A stretch of 64,000 nucleotides of DNA from Paraspadella gotoi. Its lineage: Eukaryota > Animalia > Chaetognatha. The stretch is taken from NCBI GenBank assembly GCA_051294375.1, contig CM119263.1, positions 21,746,494 through 21,810,493 on the forward strand, given 5' to 3'. The position numbers were made by a program, and so were the translations under genes. The notes under the pieces were generated by a model. That model ran no database searches, was not told the DNA's origin, and saw only the letters and a list, made by a program, of their open reading frames with translations. This document shows positions 1 to 12,408 of the stretch, one piece after another. Each line of letters opens with the position of its first letter. Position 1 is the first letter of the stretch.

Positions 1-1468
1 CTCTTTCGTTTTCTCTCGGGAGATGTCGCGTTGCAGAGCAGATGCTCACTTGTTGGTGGGGAAGAACTACATGATAGAATAGGTCTTGTCAAACTGCGGC
101 AGTTTAATGGCCATAGCATGGTAAAGCTAAGATGCCCTAGTAAATATAAATAAATGGAGTTCTTCATTTTCTTTCTTTAAAATTTAACTATTAGCATAGA
201 AATGAGCTAGTAGCGTGCATATTATTGGTTTTGGGTATGCTACAATCACTACCTGCAGCATCCTTATGAATGGTCCTAATCGACTCGGGCTTGAGCGTAC
301 GGTTTCCTGACTTAGAATAGTAGTTATTCTTATTCTTAATAGCCTTCTTAATAATATAACATACTGCGAGGGAACCTTAACAGATTTAAAAATGGTTTTA
401 AGCTCTAAACCGGCGCAGAGCAAATTCAACTAATGTTGCATTCTTTTTAGTAGCACAGCGTATTGTAAAAGCATGAGGAAAATAAAACCTATATCAGAAA
501 GAGATTACATCAGTTATTAATTTAGTGTATGATAAAAAGACATTCAATAACTTAAGTTTCTATTTTTTTATATATTTTCATATAGGGTCTAAGACAGATG
601 TCAGGGAAAAAAACCTTCCCTAAACACTATGAAAATCGCGCCTTTTCGGCCGCAAACATTAAACCGCGCAAACAAGAGGTCAAACCTCGGTCGTTTCCGG
701 GGTTTCCCGCTTTTCCCTCTCCCCTTATCCTCTCTCAACTCCCACCATTTCTTTCTCACATTATCACTTATCATTCGTTCATCACTCGTCATTCTACTTG
801 GCTGGATCATCATTTTCCTTTTCTCATTCACATGCATACATTACTTCTCTCTCACTCCCGTCCCTTCTCTGTTCAACCCCATCCCCCTCATTCTTTTTCT
901 TTTTTCTTTTTCTCATCGCTGCTGGTTTGGTGAGCAAATAAAACAAACGGAAATCCACGAAACCGAAAACGAGCGATGCGAATGTGTGTGTGGGTTTGGA
1001 TGTGTGGGAGAGGGAAAGAGCTTTTAACGAGAGGCTCAGAAAAACGTTGTATTGTATTAATAATTATAATTAGTATAACAACTTAAAAGGCTCGATACAG
1101 TAGTAAGATAAGGCTGATAAGACGAATATTAAATCAGAAGGTAAAACAAAAAATGAGCGCGAATTATCGGGCGGATGGTGTGTGTGAGAGCAAATCGTAG
1201 CGATGATGTGAAAGCGAGTGAATTGTTTTGGCGAGCGAGTTTCGGTCTGATGAAGACGTGATTCGCCAACAAAACGAGCATCGACAGACGAGGAAGATAT
1301 TTTTTTCCTTCGATGTGATTTTCCCTCGAGGAATAAAAAAATAACGAAAACCGATATACGTACACGAAAAAAAACAAAACAAACAAAGTCAAATAGAAAC
1401 TGATTTTAAATAAAATCCATTAAGAGACATCGAGTTGATGCGAAACGGCATTGTGCTTCTTTAACGCA

Positions 1469-2649
1469 ATGGCCAGAGAAGGGGCGGTGCTCGTCGGACC
1501 TGATCCGGCCGAATTCCGGCGTCTCAACCTTCGCGTCTTTCAGACTGAGTACAGCAAAAAGTTTTACGACGATTTCCTGGCGTCCGGGGAATTTTCTCGA
1601 CTGGCGCTCGTCGAGGGAGAAGCGGTGGGCGGAGTCGGGGTGAGGATACAGGAGAATCTCAGGTGAGGCAGAATTCAGTGGAGGGGAAAGGGGGGGTGAT
1701 TTCTAAGGGGCCATTAGAGACCACATTCTCTCCCGAGGGAAAGAGAAACCCTTTTTCTAGAAACCATGCTCGATCGTAAAAGTTATTAGGGAAGAGGAAA
1801 ATGCATAAAAAATTGATGAGAGACGGGATTTAATAATAAGAGAAAAGATGCGAAAAAATTGGGTGAAAATACTACGATTGACAACGCCCTTCTTGCTTCA
1901 TGTCCCAAATTCCTGACCACCTCGATCCCTTGACAACGAAAATTCGCGAGGATCTATCGGAGCGAAAAGAATTTCCATATGAACCGAAGTTGATAGAACC
2001 CGCGACGCCGACTTTCGGCGCGCGCCGGGTGTCCAAATGGAGAGAGGAGCCGTGATTTACGATAACGAGGGAGGAACAGGAATTGAGTGGAAACACGCGG
2101 GCGGCGCCACTTTCCCTCTCAAGCGCCGTGTCTGGGTTGGGGGATCGAGGGGAAGTTAAAAAGTATTGACCGAGTCAGAAACGAAAATACTGAACTCGAT
2201 CCGAGGCTGTCAGTAAACAATAATTATTAATATATATTAATTATATATTAATATATAGTTAATCACTAACTGTACGTACGTATTATGTATTATATTTAAT
2301 ACCGTTTGAAAAAAAAAAGATTTCAGCCACTGACCCCATCCTATTCCGCCGCCCCACGGCCCCCCTCCCCCCCAAAATAACCCTCAGTGAACTCTGCTTC
2401 GAAGGCGTGATTCTCGTCATCGGCGTCCTTCCAGAATTTCGGCGCCGCGGCATCGCATCGCGTCTCCTGCATCACGTGGTCGACGCCGCGGAGCGACACG
2501 ACTCCGTCTCCCGACTGCGACTGCGAGTGCACCGAGACAACGCCCCCGCGTTGAGACTTTACGAAATGGTGGGGTTCGAAAGACTGTGGTTCGACAGGAA
2601 GGCGGATGAATGGATCTTGACGAGAGACACAATTGGTTGGATCGGGTAG
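1469..2649 (+). CDS. GNAT-family acetyltransferase, divergent NAA50/San-like; exons 1469-1662 and 2388-2649
   Basis: Exon 1 (EFRRLNLRVFQTEYSKKFYDDFLASGEFSRLALVEGEAVG) resembles the NAA50 N-terminus. A phase-2 GT-AG intron (1663-2387) joins it in frame to exon 2, which has the acetyl-CoA motif GVLPEFRRRGIASRLL and NAPALRLYEMVGF. Confidence 0.8.
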
Positions 2650-3189
2650 AAATAGTTGGGGGAGGTAGGCATCTTTCTCTACCAGGAACTGATTAAACTA
2701 TGCCGCTTCTGGCGCTTCTGTGTTTATTACGTCTTGTCTTCCATGACAGGATTTAAAAATGACTTTAGCAAACATTTCATGTATTTTAATAAAAATAGGG
2801 TTTTTAAGGAGGAACAATGAATAAAATTGTATAACTTTTATGATCATTTTACTTTTGTACAATTGTCAGTTCATATTTAGTCAATTTTAAAAAAATTTAA
2901 AGACTAGAGAGCCACAAGAGAGAGAAAAATAAACGAAAAGATTACAGTCACCGTATAAAAATTCAATATGTGAAAAAAACCGCGTTAGTAAGCAGGATTT
3001 AAAAATAAAGATTATTGCACGATAGGATCATAGCAGACACTAATTCGGAAAGTGCGACACTCTTTTGTGAATTAAAAACTATTTCAAAATATTAAATTTA
3101 TATGCGTGTGTTCACAAGTATCGTAAAAGTAAACAAATCATAAAATTAACTCTGGTATAAAACTGTATAAAGCAAGAGCCAAAGCTTCG

Positions 3190-6100
3190 TTAACGGAGCG
3201 CGAGAACGCCGAAGCACTTCCGGCACCAAAGCGCGCCGATGTTGGGAAGGGCGTCGTGCGGCCGCAACTGCGAAAGGATCGTCGGCTCGCGTTCCGCCAA
3301 TCCGTAGGCCTGCTTGTACTTCCAATCAAAGGCCTCTGACAGTGGGGGGGTAACCGAAAAAGGGAGTAAAAGACAAAAAGAACATATGATCGAAAAGGGA
3401 ATGACAACGAGGAGGAAAAAAGGAAAGTGCTCAAGTTTTGATTTTTTGGTCAACTGAAGGAAAGCCAATTGGGTCGGAAAAAACTTACTTAAATCGATAT
3501 CCTCTGCTCCGTATGCAGCGATAGAGAGAAACAGAATTTCTCGATAAATGCTGCGTTGTCCGTTAGTGGCGTTTGCGATCGGAAGCGAGGGTTGGGCCAC
3601 TGCAAAAAACTAAGCTTTGTAAAACTTGGTAAAACTTTTTACATCTCACAGTTAACCTTACCAGGGATTAACTCGTTCGGGGCGAGCGAGAGCTGTGCGA
3701 GGGCGAGTGGGACAGATTTGAGAGAGACGGACTGTTCTCGGTGTCTGGCCACCAGGCGAATGGGATGCAGCAAATCGTTGCAGGCAATAGAGGCGAGTAA
3801 TTCCTTCATTAGGCTGATTCAACGAGAGGGTGAGAAAATAAGAAAAATATGAATATTACCAGTGAAGGAAGTGAGTTTCAAATGAGAAGCAATGTGCAGA
3901 TGATTTTTAATAAAAACAAGAGAACATATGCGAGGGGCAATGCTAGAAAAAAGCAGAAAGATAGTGGAGCAGAATAACTTGGTAGTTCATTTCCAATGAG
4001 ATTGAGTTCTTGAATCTCATTTACATATTGTATCAGTTTAGATCATTTCTCATATCTTTTGATACTGTTTTCATAGTAGCCTTATTTTACAATTTTATCA
4101 ATACTTTAAATAGGGTTTAATATTAATTTAGTTTTCCAATTAATACTCAAATATTTCATTGTAGTTTTGCAGCTTTACAAAGGGAAGTATTGTGGCGAAT
4201 CCTAAATTCGCTTCCCGTATAGGTTGGGGAAACTTAGCTCGTCCCATTGGTTTGGACAGCTAAGTACTGGTTCACCAAACGTGAGTTTCGGGTTCAATGA
4301 CTATTGGTAATTCATTAAAAAAAAAAAAAATTCCCTTATGGTCTCGCTGGTTAAAGTGTGATGTTATCGGCATATACACGCCAGTGTCATAGGATGGTAA
4401 CTGCAGGTCCAAAGCCCTGTGCGCCAGTTGTCGGGAGATGCCGCATACCCTGGGTATCACACACGTCTTCCCCTTGCCATAGTATCTTACTTGTTCTGAG
4501 AGACTGTGTCTTGATAGAAGATTGCTATTGTCAGAGGTTTCACTTTTAGGCAGGAAGGATTTTGCGGTCGGTCTAAACGATTCTTCCCTTTTCTTATCTT
4601 ACCACTTATAATGTAATAGAATTTTCAGAGAATTTTAATGCTTTTAAAGGATCTTGCAAAGGGTTACCCCTAATGGTTTAAAAATATATCCCCTTAAGGT
4701 GGCCCCAGGGAGCAAGCTTTTAAAACCCCCTGGGGGCTGTCCCTCGGGGCACCTCTAAGCTCCACATCAGGGAGCGTGTAGTTTTGGAGGATGACATACT
4801 TGGCCCATTGTATACAATATAAACTAAAATTCCATTTTTTATAGTCAAAACTCAAAGAGAAGGTTTTTATTTTTTAAACGTTTTTTCTTTGTATTACAAA
4901 TTGTATTCTGCTCCCAATGCGGCCTTTTTCCGTAGGCAGATGTAAGCGAGGTTGTAAGTTTCTTAAATTCTTTAGGCCTTAGGCTTATGAACAATGTTCA
5001 TATCCTAAACATTTCCTAAAACCAAAAATCATTCACCAAGACCAAGAGAGCAATCAAGCAAGAAAAGATATATTCCAGTCATACTAGAGTCTGAATAGAT
5101 ATTTTAAAAGAGGTTGAGATCGCGGCAGATATTCGAAGAATTTAAAGTATCATTAACTGATAATTCCCTTTTTTTCCTAAATGATATGTTTCGTTACAGC
5201 GTCTTGGGAAATGTAATTTTTTATTTACATATGAAATTACGCTGAACTTTGTATTTAAGTTTTAACGTAAATCTACAGTAACAAAACTAACAAAATTTTA
5301 AAAGCATAAGGATCGTCGCAATCCCATAAGAAAAATCTGGATTGACAAATTTTGATACTAAAAAAAATAAAATTTAAGAAAAAAAAAATTTATAAACAGA
5401 AAGAAAAATTCTATTTTTCGATTGACAATTTAAAAAAAATAATAAAGTACCGAGGAAAATTAGAGTTACAGTTTCCGAAAAAAAAAACCTTTTTCATTGT
5501 CAAAAAATAAACTGATCAGCAGACGTAGCCCCCGAGAAAAAAAAACAAAATAAAAACCCGATGTTGAGATGGCAAAATAATAATATGCACGAATGCGATG
5601 CCTAATTTTACGAGTTCAATCCTAATTCAATTTTTTTTTTAAATAAAAGCGAAGAGAGAGAGAAAAAAAAAAAGAAATCAAAAGGCAGCAGCAGAAGCAG
5701 CAGGAGAAAAGAGAAAAAGAGAGAGCCCCTGCAGAGCCAGCTGCAGACTCGTTTTTTTCTCCCTGTGAATCAGTGACTAGGGAAAAAAGAGAGGGAGAGA
5801 GACATATAATTAAAAGAGAAAAGAGAGAGAAAGAAATATAAAAATAAAAAAAGAGAATTTGTTTGTTTTGATAAAATGTAAACAAAACATTTAATAACTG
5901 TCCCGACTCAATTTTAAGGACATCGATGATGAGAAACTGTATATAAATTTTCAACTTTATACACCCAAATTTAATCATAAAAAAGGCGATCAATAATTTG
6001 GAACGCCGACGACAACGACGCCACTGATGTGCAAAACCACAGCAATATCGTCGCAAACGCAAAGCGATTGCGACGATAAAAAATATTAATGCTAATAAAA

Positions 6101-9100
6101 AATGTTAAATATAGGGAGGGATCAGTAAACTTGGTTTAGAGATTGAAAAAGATCGGAACGGTGAAAAATTGATTTAAGAAGATACAACCAGGCATCCACT
6201 AATATCTAATCTAGGTTCATACCTTTGATAATTTTCAACGGGACTAGATACGAGAGCGCTCAAAAATGTTGTTGGCTCTAAAAAACAAAAAAGGTGGTTT
6301 CGTTTCTAGTATTTAATAAATATCTATTATCCAACTGAAAGCCGTATAAATAGTATTTACTGGTTATGCCAAAAAATAAAGCTTTTAAATATAGAAGACG
6401 TCAAACACAATGCATGCTATAGAGTATTTCGCCCGATGAAAGCGACTTGTCTCACCTCCGGAATTCCAGAGAGAATAGAGCGGCTTGGAAGTAAGATCTC
6501 GATGTCCCTCGCGATCCCACACCGGGCGGATTCGTACGTTTTTCATGTCCGCGTTTAACCAAGAATGGTGAATCTAGACCGAGTTTATCAAAACGTGGAT
6601 GTTAACATCGCAAAGTCGCGTAAAACGCGCCAAGTTGAGAAACCGAAAACAAAAAAAAAAAAACACTTAACCTTTTCGTCATCCCGGTTCCAAAGGTTTT
6701 TCTTGAGCAGCACCGCTGGCAGATGCGTGGAAAGATCAAGCCTCTTGAAGTAGAAGAGAAGGTTCCAGAAGCAAATGGGATGATCGTCGGCGAAGGAGGT
6801 GCGGTTGAGCGTCCAGTCGCCCTCTGTCTCCAAGATGTTCTCCACCTCTTTGCGAAGTGTCAACGGACTTAGGTAGGGAACCGTTAGCGGAGGCGAGGAA
6901 GGTCGACTTTAAATTTTGGAAAATTAAAGGGTTAAATAACAGTTATCTGCTATGTTATGAATTATTTGTTTTTTCTTAAATATCTTTAAGTAGGAAGTAC
7001 GTATCGCAGCCTAACTAAAACTTCATTAAACATTACCTTTGCTCCTTCGATTCTTGGACTTGAAATTCGAGCCCGTCGAACTGCAAATCGTCCACGTCGA
7101 TGTTGACACCGGGAGTGGAGGCTGCGGACGAGAGGGTGTTGCACTCGGAAATGGCTCGTCGACGATCGGGCGATCTAGAAGATTGAGCATTTTTACGTAG
7201 GTTTACTTAAATGTCAAAAAGCCCGATGAACCGCAAAACCCCTAACCGCATGCTTTGGAAACACCCACGAACAAGCTTTTTACTTCGGTTTCCACAAATT
7301 TCCGAAGAACATTTCTGAAGCAAAACGAGTCTAATCAGCTGGCGAATCAGTTTGCCTTTTGATCTTATATTATATTTTAAACACGAAATACTTAACAGAA
7401 AAACATATTTTTAGGGCTCTCAGGGTTCTCACTGCTCCCACTTATCCTTATGACTAAGTGTCTTCGATTCTTTTAAATAAACAAAGAACTCTCACAAATA
7501 AAAATTAAGGAATGCCTCTTACTGATAGCAATAGGATAAAATATTTTGAGGGATTGAAAGTCACTCTCCGTAACGGTTTTAATAAAAAAAAATTATATTA
7601 ATATGCAATGTGTAACGTAAAAGAAGCGTTTGGGGATGAATCCGGTAAAGAGAGCATTGACGGCGTTCTATCAGAATTACTAAGGCTTCAACAACAAATG
7701 TAGAATCGTAGATCCATGAAAATATATTTTCCCTGAAAAGAACATGGGGCGAACTCGAGGTGCAAAAATGATTAAGTAAAAGACGGTGACAACGCCAAAA
7801 AAAAAATTATTACAAAATTTAATATTCACTGCAATAAAACGAGAGTCTGATTTTGTTAGAGTAATACTCAAAATAGTAGATAATTAAAGAATTAAAATAT
7901 CATTATACAAGTTTCTTTTTACCATAAAGTTACACATTTTTGACACTTGGCACTATCACAATTTTTTTGTAATCTTTTGACGTGCTTTAATGAAGTACGT
8001 CATTGGATGGACAAATGTCGTTTTCTCACCTCGATTCGATATAAAAACCAAAAAATTTTCATACCACAACTGATCAATGATCTTAGTCACGATCAACTTT
8101 TTTTTCTGAAAAAAATAAACTCGATCCACGATGAAAAGTTTGATAGTTTTATCGCTCCTGATCGTGGCGTCCACCGCCTTTTCCACGTGCGGCATGAAGG
8201 GCGCTTCAAGCCGCATCGTCAATGGCGAAACTGCGAGTCAGGGAGAGTTTCCCTGGCAGATCTCGCTACAATTTTCTCCTTTTGCCTTTTTTAATAAGCG
8301 TCACATCTGCGGAGGTGAGATGGTAGAAAAGTCGACGAAATGGCTCAATCTCCATTAAATTCTTTTTAAAATCTTTTCAAATAAATCATTTTCAATAAAT
8401 TAACTCGTAGGTACGCTGATCGCTCCCAACTGGGTGCTTTGCGCCGCTCACTGCTTCATGCAAAGCAAAAGGGCAAGCAACTTCCACGTAACTGTCGGGG
8501 AATGGCGTCTCCAGAACATCGACGGCACGGAGAAAAGTTAGTAGTGTCAAAGAGAGCGATGGAATTTTCTTCTTAAATGTTTTTATTAATTCTCCACAGA
8601 CTACGCGGTGGAAAAGATCATCACGCACGAGTACTTCAACAAGGAAGGCAAGGTTAAGAACGACGTGGCCCTGATAAAATTGAAGACGTCGGTCGACTTC
8701 AATGGAGCTTACGCTGGCCCCGCCTGCTTGCCCAATCAGGGCGATGACTATCACGAGGCCGAGGGTTGTTGGGTGTCGGGTACGTATCAATTAAATATCA
8801 AAAATTATATAAACGTTTGAATCAGCGCTTTACGAATAACAAAACAAACCAACAGGCTGGGGTCTTCTTGGAGCCTCGCCAGCCGTGCAGGCCAACACCT
8901 TACAGAAACTTCAAGGCAAAATTTGGAACGATAAGAAACTCAAAAGCCGTTGGCCCGGCAAGATCTACCCCGGCATGATCGGTTTCGGTACAGACAGAAA
9001 CTCGGCTTGCATGGGCGACTCCGGCGGTCCTCTCGTATGTCCTTCCAAGTCGAGGTCGGGTCAATACGATATCGTGGGAATCGTGTCGTGGGGCTCTAGA

Positions 9101-12100
9101 TATTGCTCAGGACAACCAGGGATCTTTACCGAAGTCGCTCACTTCCTTCCGTGGATCAACTCACACATGCATTGATTAGTGTTCTCGGAATATTTTAAAG
9201 ACGGTTGATTGTTCTCATATTTTAATTATGTAACAATTTTTAAATACTTAAACAAAAGTCACAGTAACTACGTCTTAATACTTCTATAATATATACAAAA
9301 ATTTACGTTCGTACTAATTTTTTGGATGTTAGTTTGATTGCTTGAGTTAGATAACACCTGAGAGAACTTAAACACATGATTTTAAAACAACTCTTGAAAT
9401 GAATAAACGAGACGAAGAGTCGTGATTGAAAGCTTGCAGGGATCTTCTATGTCATTATATTGTAAGAATTATGGAGGCCTTAAACCACCCAAGCCTGTCA
9501 AAAGTTAGGGGCAAGATAGCTTATTTATTAAATGAATGGTTAATTCTTATATTGGTTAAACCAATTTCATGCAATCTATGAAATTAAACGTGTCTGATTC
9601 GGAGCTTCAATAAAAACTTTTGTAAAATATGTTACATTGTGGCGGTATATTCACACCGCCTCACGTCCACCATCCGTCAGCCAAATCCATTGGCTCAGAG
9701 GGGGAACACACCATCCCAGGCGTAGTGTTCCATCCACAGTCCTAACGACTTCCCTCTGCGTTGGCAAAGCGAGACCGTCCTAGGGTAACCGCGCCAGTGA
9801 CTGGAGGCGTCACTGAGGGTCGGAAGCCCCCAAAGCCAACAGTGAGATGCCCCATCCCAATGGGCATCACAGGCAACCCGGCTGTTGCCATAACATGATA
9901 TTTTTAGGTTACAGCTGAGAAAAAGATTAAAAAGTTTCAGCATATAATAGTTTCTACTACAAAGTATAAAAAAGTAAAGAATTTGACCTTTTTTTCCATT
10001 TTTGATGCTGAAGATATTAAAATTTTTAATAACATATTTTATATCTTTGATCTAACTTTTTGTCAAGAATCAGAATCTTTAATAAAAATTTAAAAAAAAT
10101 TATTTTGAAAATTTATGATTTTATAAGAATATTACTATAAATATATTGTAATTAATGATACTGTTTCCCAAACAATATAAGCAAAATATTTTTTGTACTC
10201 CTTAATCATACTATCTCACGTTTAAATATCCTTGTTTGATCACTGAAATAAAATTTATGTTCCCCAGTGCTCCACTCTACTGTATACTAAAGTGTAGCAA
10301 AAATTTTAAAATCAAGTAGAATCAAAATTCGAATAGTAGATCATGAACAGGCTTGTACCTGTGAACATATTTAAATAAAAAAATTTTTTTTTATTTTTCG
10401 CATACGCCCATATTTAACCATAGAAAATGTTAAAATTTTAAAATGGGGTAAACAGAAGTGTTAAACATACCTAATTTTATTATTTCTATTTTAGACTTGT
10501 CAAGCTTGTTCTATTTAACCTATTTACAAAGTTTGAAAATAATTTTTTTTAAAAATTAATTCAAAATCAATGGTTTTAATTATGGACGATTGTTTTTAAC
10601 ATCTATTTAAAAGGTCAAAATATGATTTGATTTTGATGGTTTTTTTTTACCAGATAGAGCAGATGATAATTGACCCATCCAGGAAGATTGGTTCAAATTG
10701 ATTAATTTTAAGTGCTTGGCTGCATACGTTGTTGACGAGCAACGTCAACATCATGGAGGGAGTGCTAAACGTTATCGAATTTTTTTTTTCAGATTCTTGT
10801 TAAGCCTGATTAAATGAACCTTCCTACCATGTTTTATAAATTTTTTAAAAAATAATTCAAAAGAAATCCTGATTTTCATATTTTTAAGGGACGAACCACT
10901 TCAACATCCTTTAAGAAGGTAAAGACATGCTCCGATTTCAATTTTTTTTTTAAATTCACTAAATATCATAAGGAATATACATATAAATTTTAATTCAATT
11001 CTATTGATAAATAAAAAAATGGCTGCACTTCATATGTTGACGAGCCACTTCACATCGTCAAATTACGAGGAGACCACCTCGAATTTTTGGTCTCCTCGAC
11101 TGAAAAGTTGCATTATGTTGTTAAGAAGCTATGTACCAAATTTGCTGCTGGTATCATAAAAATAGTAATAATAGCATAAACGACGTCGCATCCCCATAAT
11201 AATAAATTAAGAGTACAGTTCACATCAAAGCTATTTTTCCCGCACAACAAAAAAAAATAAATTACCCTTCAGCATCAGGAAAACTGGAAAATGGGGTAGG
11301 AAAAAAAATTAATTTCACTGAACCGCGATAAACGAATTCGTTCTTATTCAAAACTCCCCGCCTACAACAAAAACGATGGGGAAATCGACGGAATCGGGGA
11401 AAGACGAAATATTTTGTTGGTCAAAAGCCAATTGAGGACGTTTGATTCTCGCCAATCAATGATTACATAGAACTAGAAGTGAAGACTCACCTCTATGTAA
11501 AACGAAATTTTTAACGAATTCGAGACGAGGTAATGAAACTAACTTGGGTGGAGGCGAAACAGGGGGTCGCCCACGCGGAGGCGTGCAATGATGGATGAAA
11601 TTTTCTTGAGTCTTGGGTTCCCCGTCGTTTTCGCTAAAGAGTTTGGGCGTGACGAGAGAAGCGTGAGGGGCGGCGGCGGCGGCGTCAGCGGTTGGTGCCG
11701 CGGCGTTGGCGGGGGCAGGGCGCGCGAGATCCTCTTCTTCGATTACTCGGGGAGGGCGTGGGGAGGAACGGAAATCACGGACGAGAATGGTGAGAGAAGG
11801 GACGATGAGGCTTCCGCAAAAGGGACATCTAGAATACAGTCAGGGAGAAATGAAATCTGTTTAGCGGTCTAAACAACAACAGCCACAACAACAACTTGAT
11901 AACCAAACAACCACTTAACCGTTTAGGGGTCGGTTAAACCTGACCAGGTAACCAGTTCTCAATTAATTTCAAATAATGTTTTAATTGTATGAAAAGACCA
12001 CTCCCTTAAGTATTAGATCGGGGAATACTATATGGTACTCCGCACAACAATTGGTATGTTTGTGACCATTGTAACCTTTTTAATGTTTTTTTTATGCTTC

Positions 12101-12358
12101 CTCTTTTTGTTGATGATCTTTGATATTATAATTTTGACTTTCATGCGTGAAACAACTCGATTTTTTTTACCAAAGAGAGGAAGGCAGAGGTTTGCGAGAA
12201 TTTCCTTCACGAGTGAGAAATACTGTCGGAAAAACTGAAACAAATTGAGGAGGTAGAAAGAAGAAAAAAAACGTCGTGGACAAAAGAGGAAATGGACAAT
12301 AAAACTCGGAAAAATAGGAGAAGAATAAAACGGAAAGAAAAGCGGAGACAAGGGAGTT

Positions 12359-12408
<50 letters not shown>

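Noticed and set aside
9695-9943. 82-aa ORF (and the 59286-59554 ORFs)
   Set aside because: Chance frames across the 255-bp non-coding element; starts and stops are not shared between copies.
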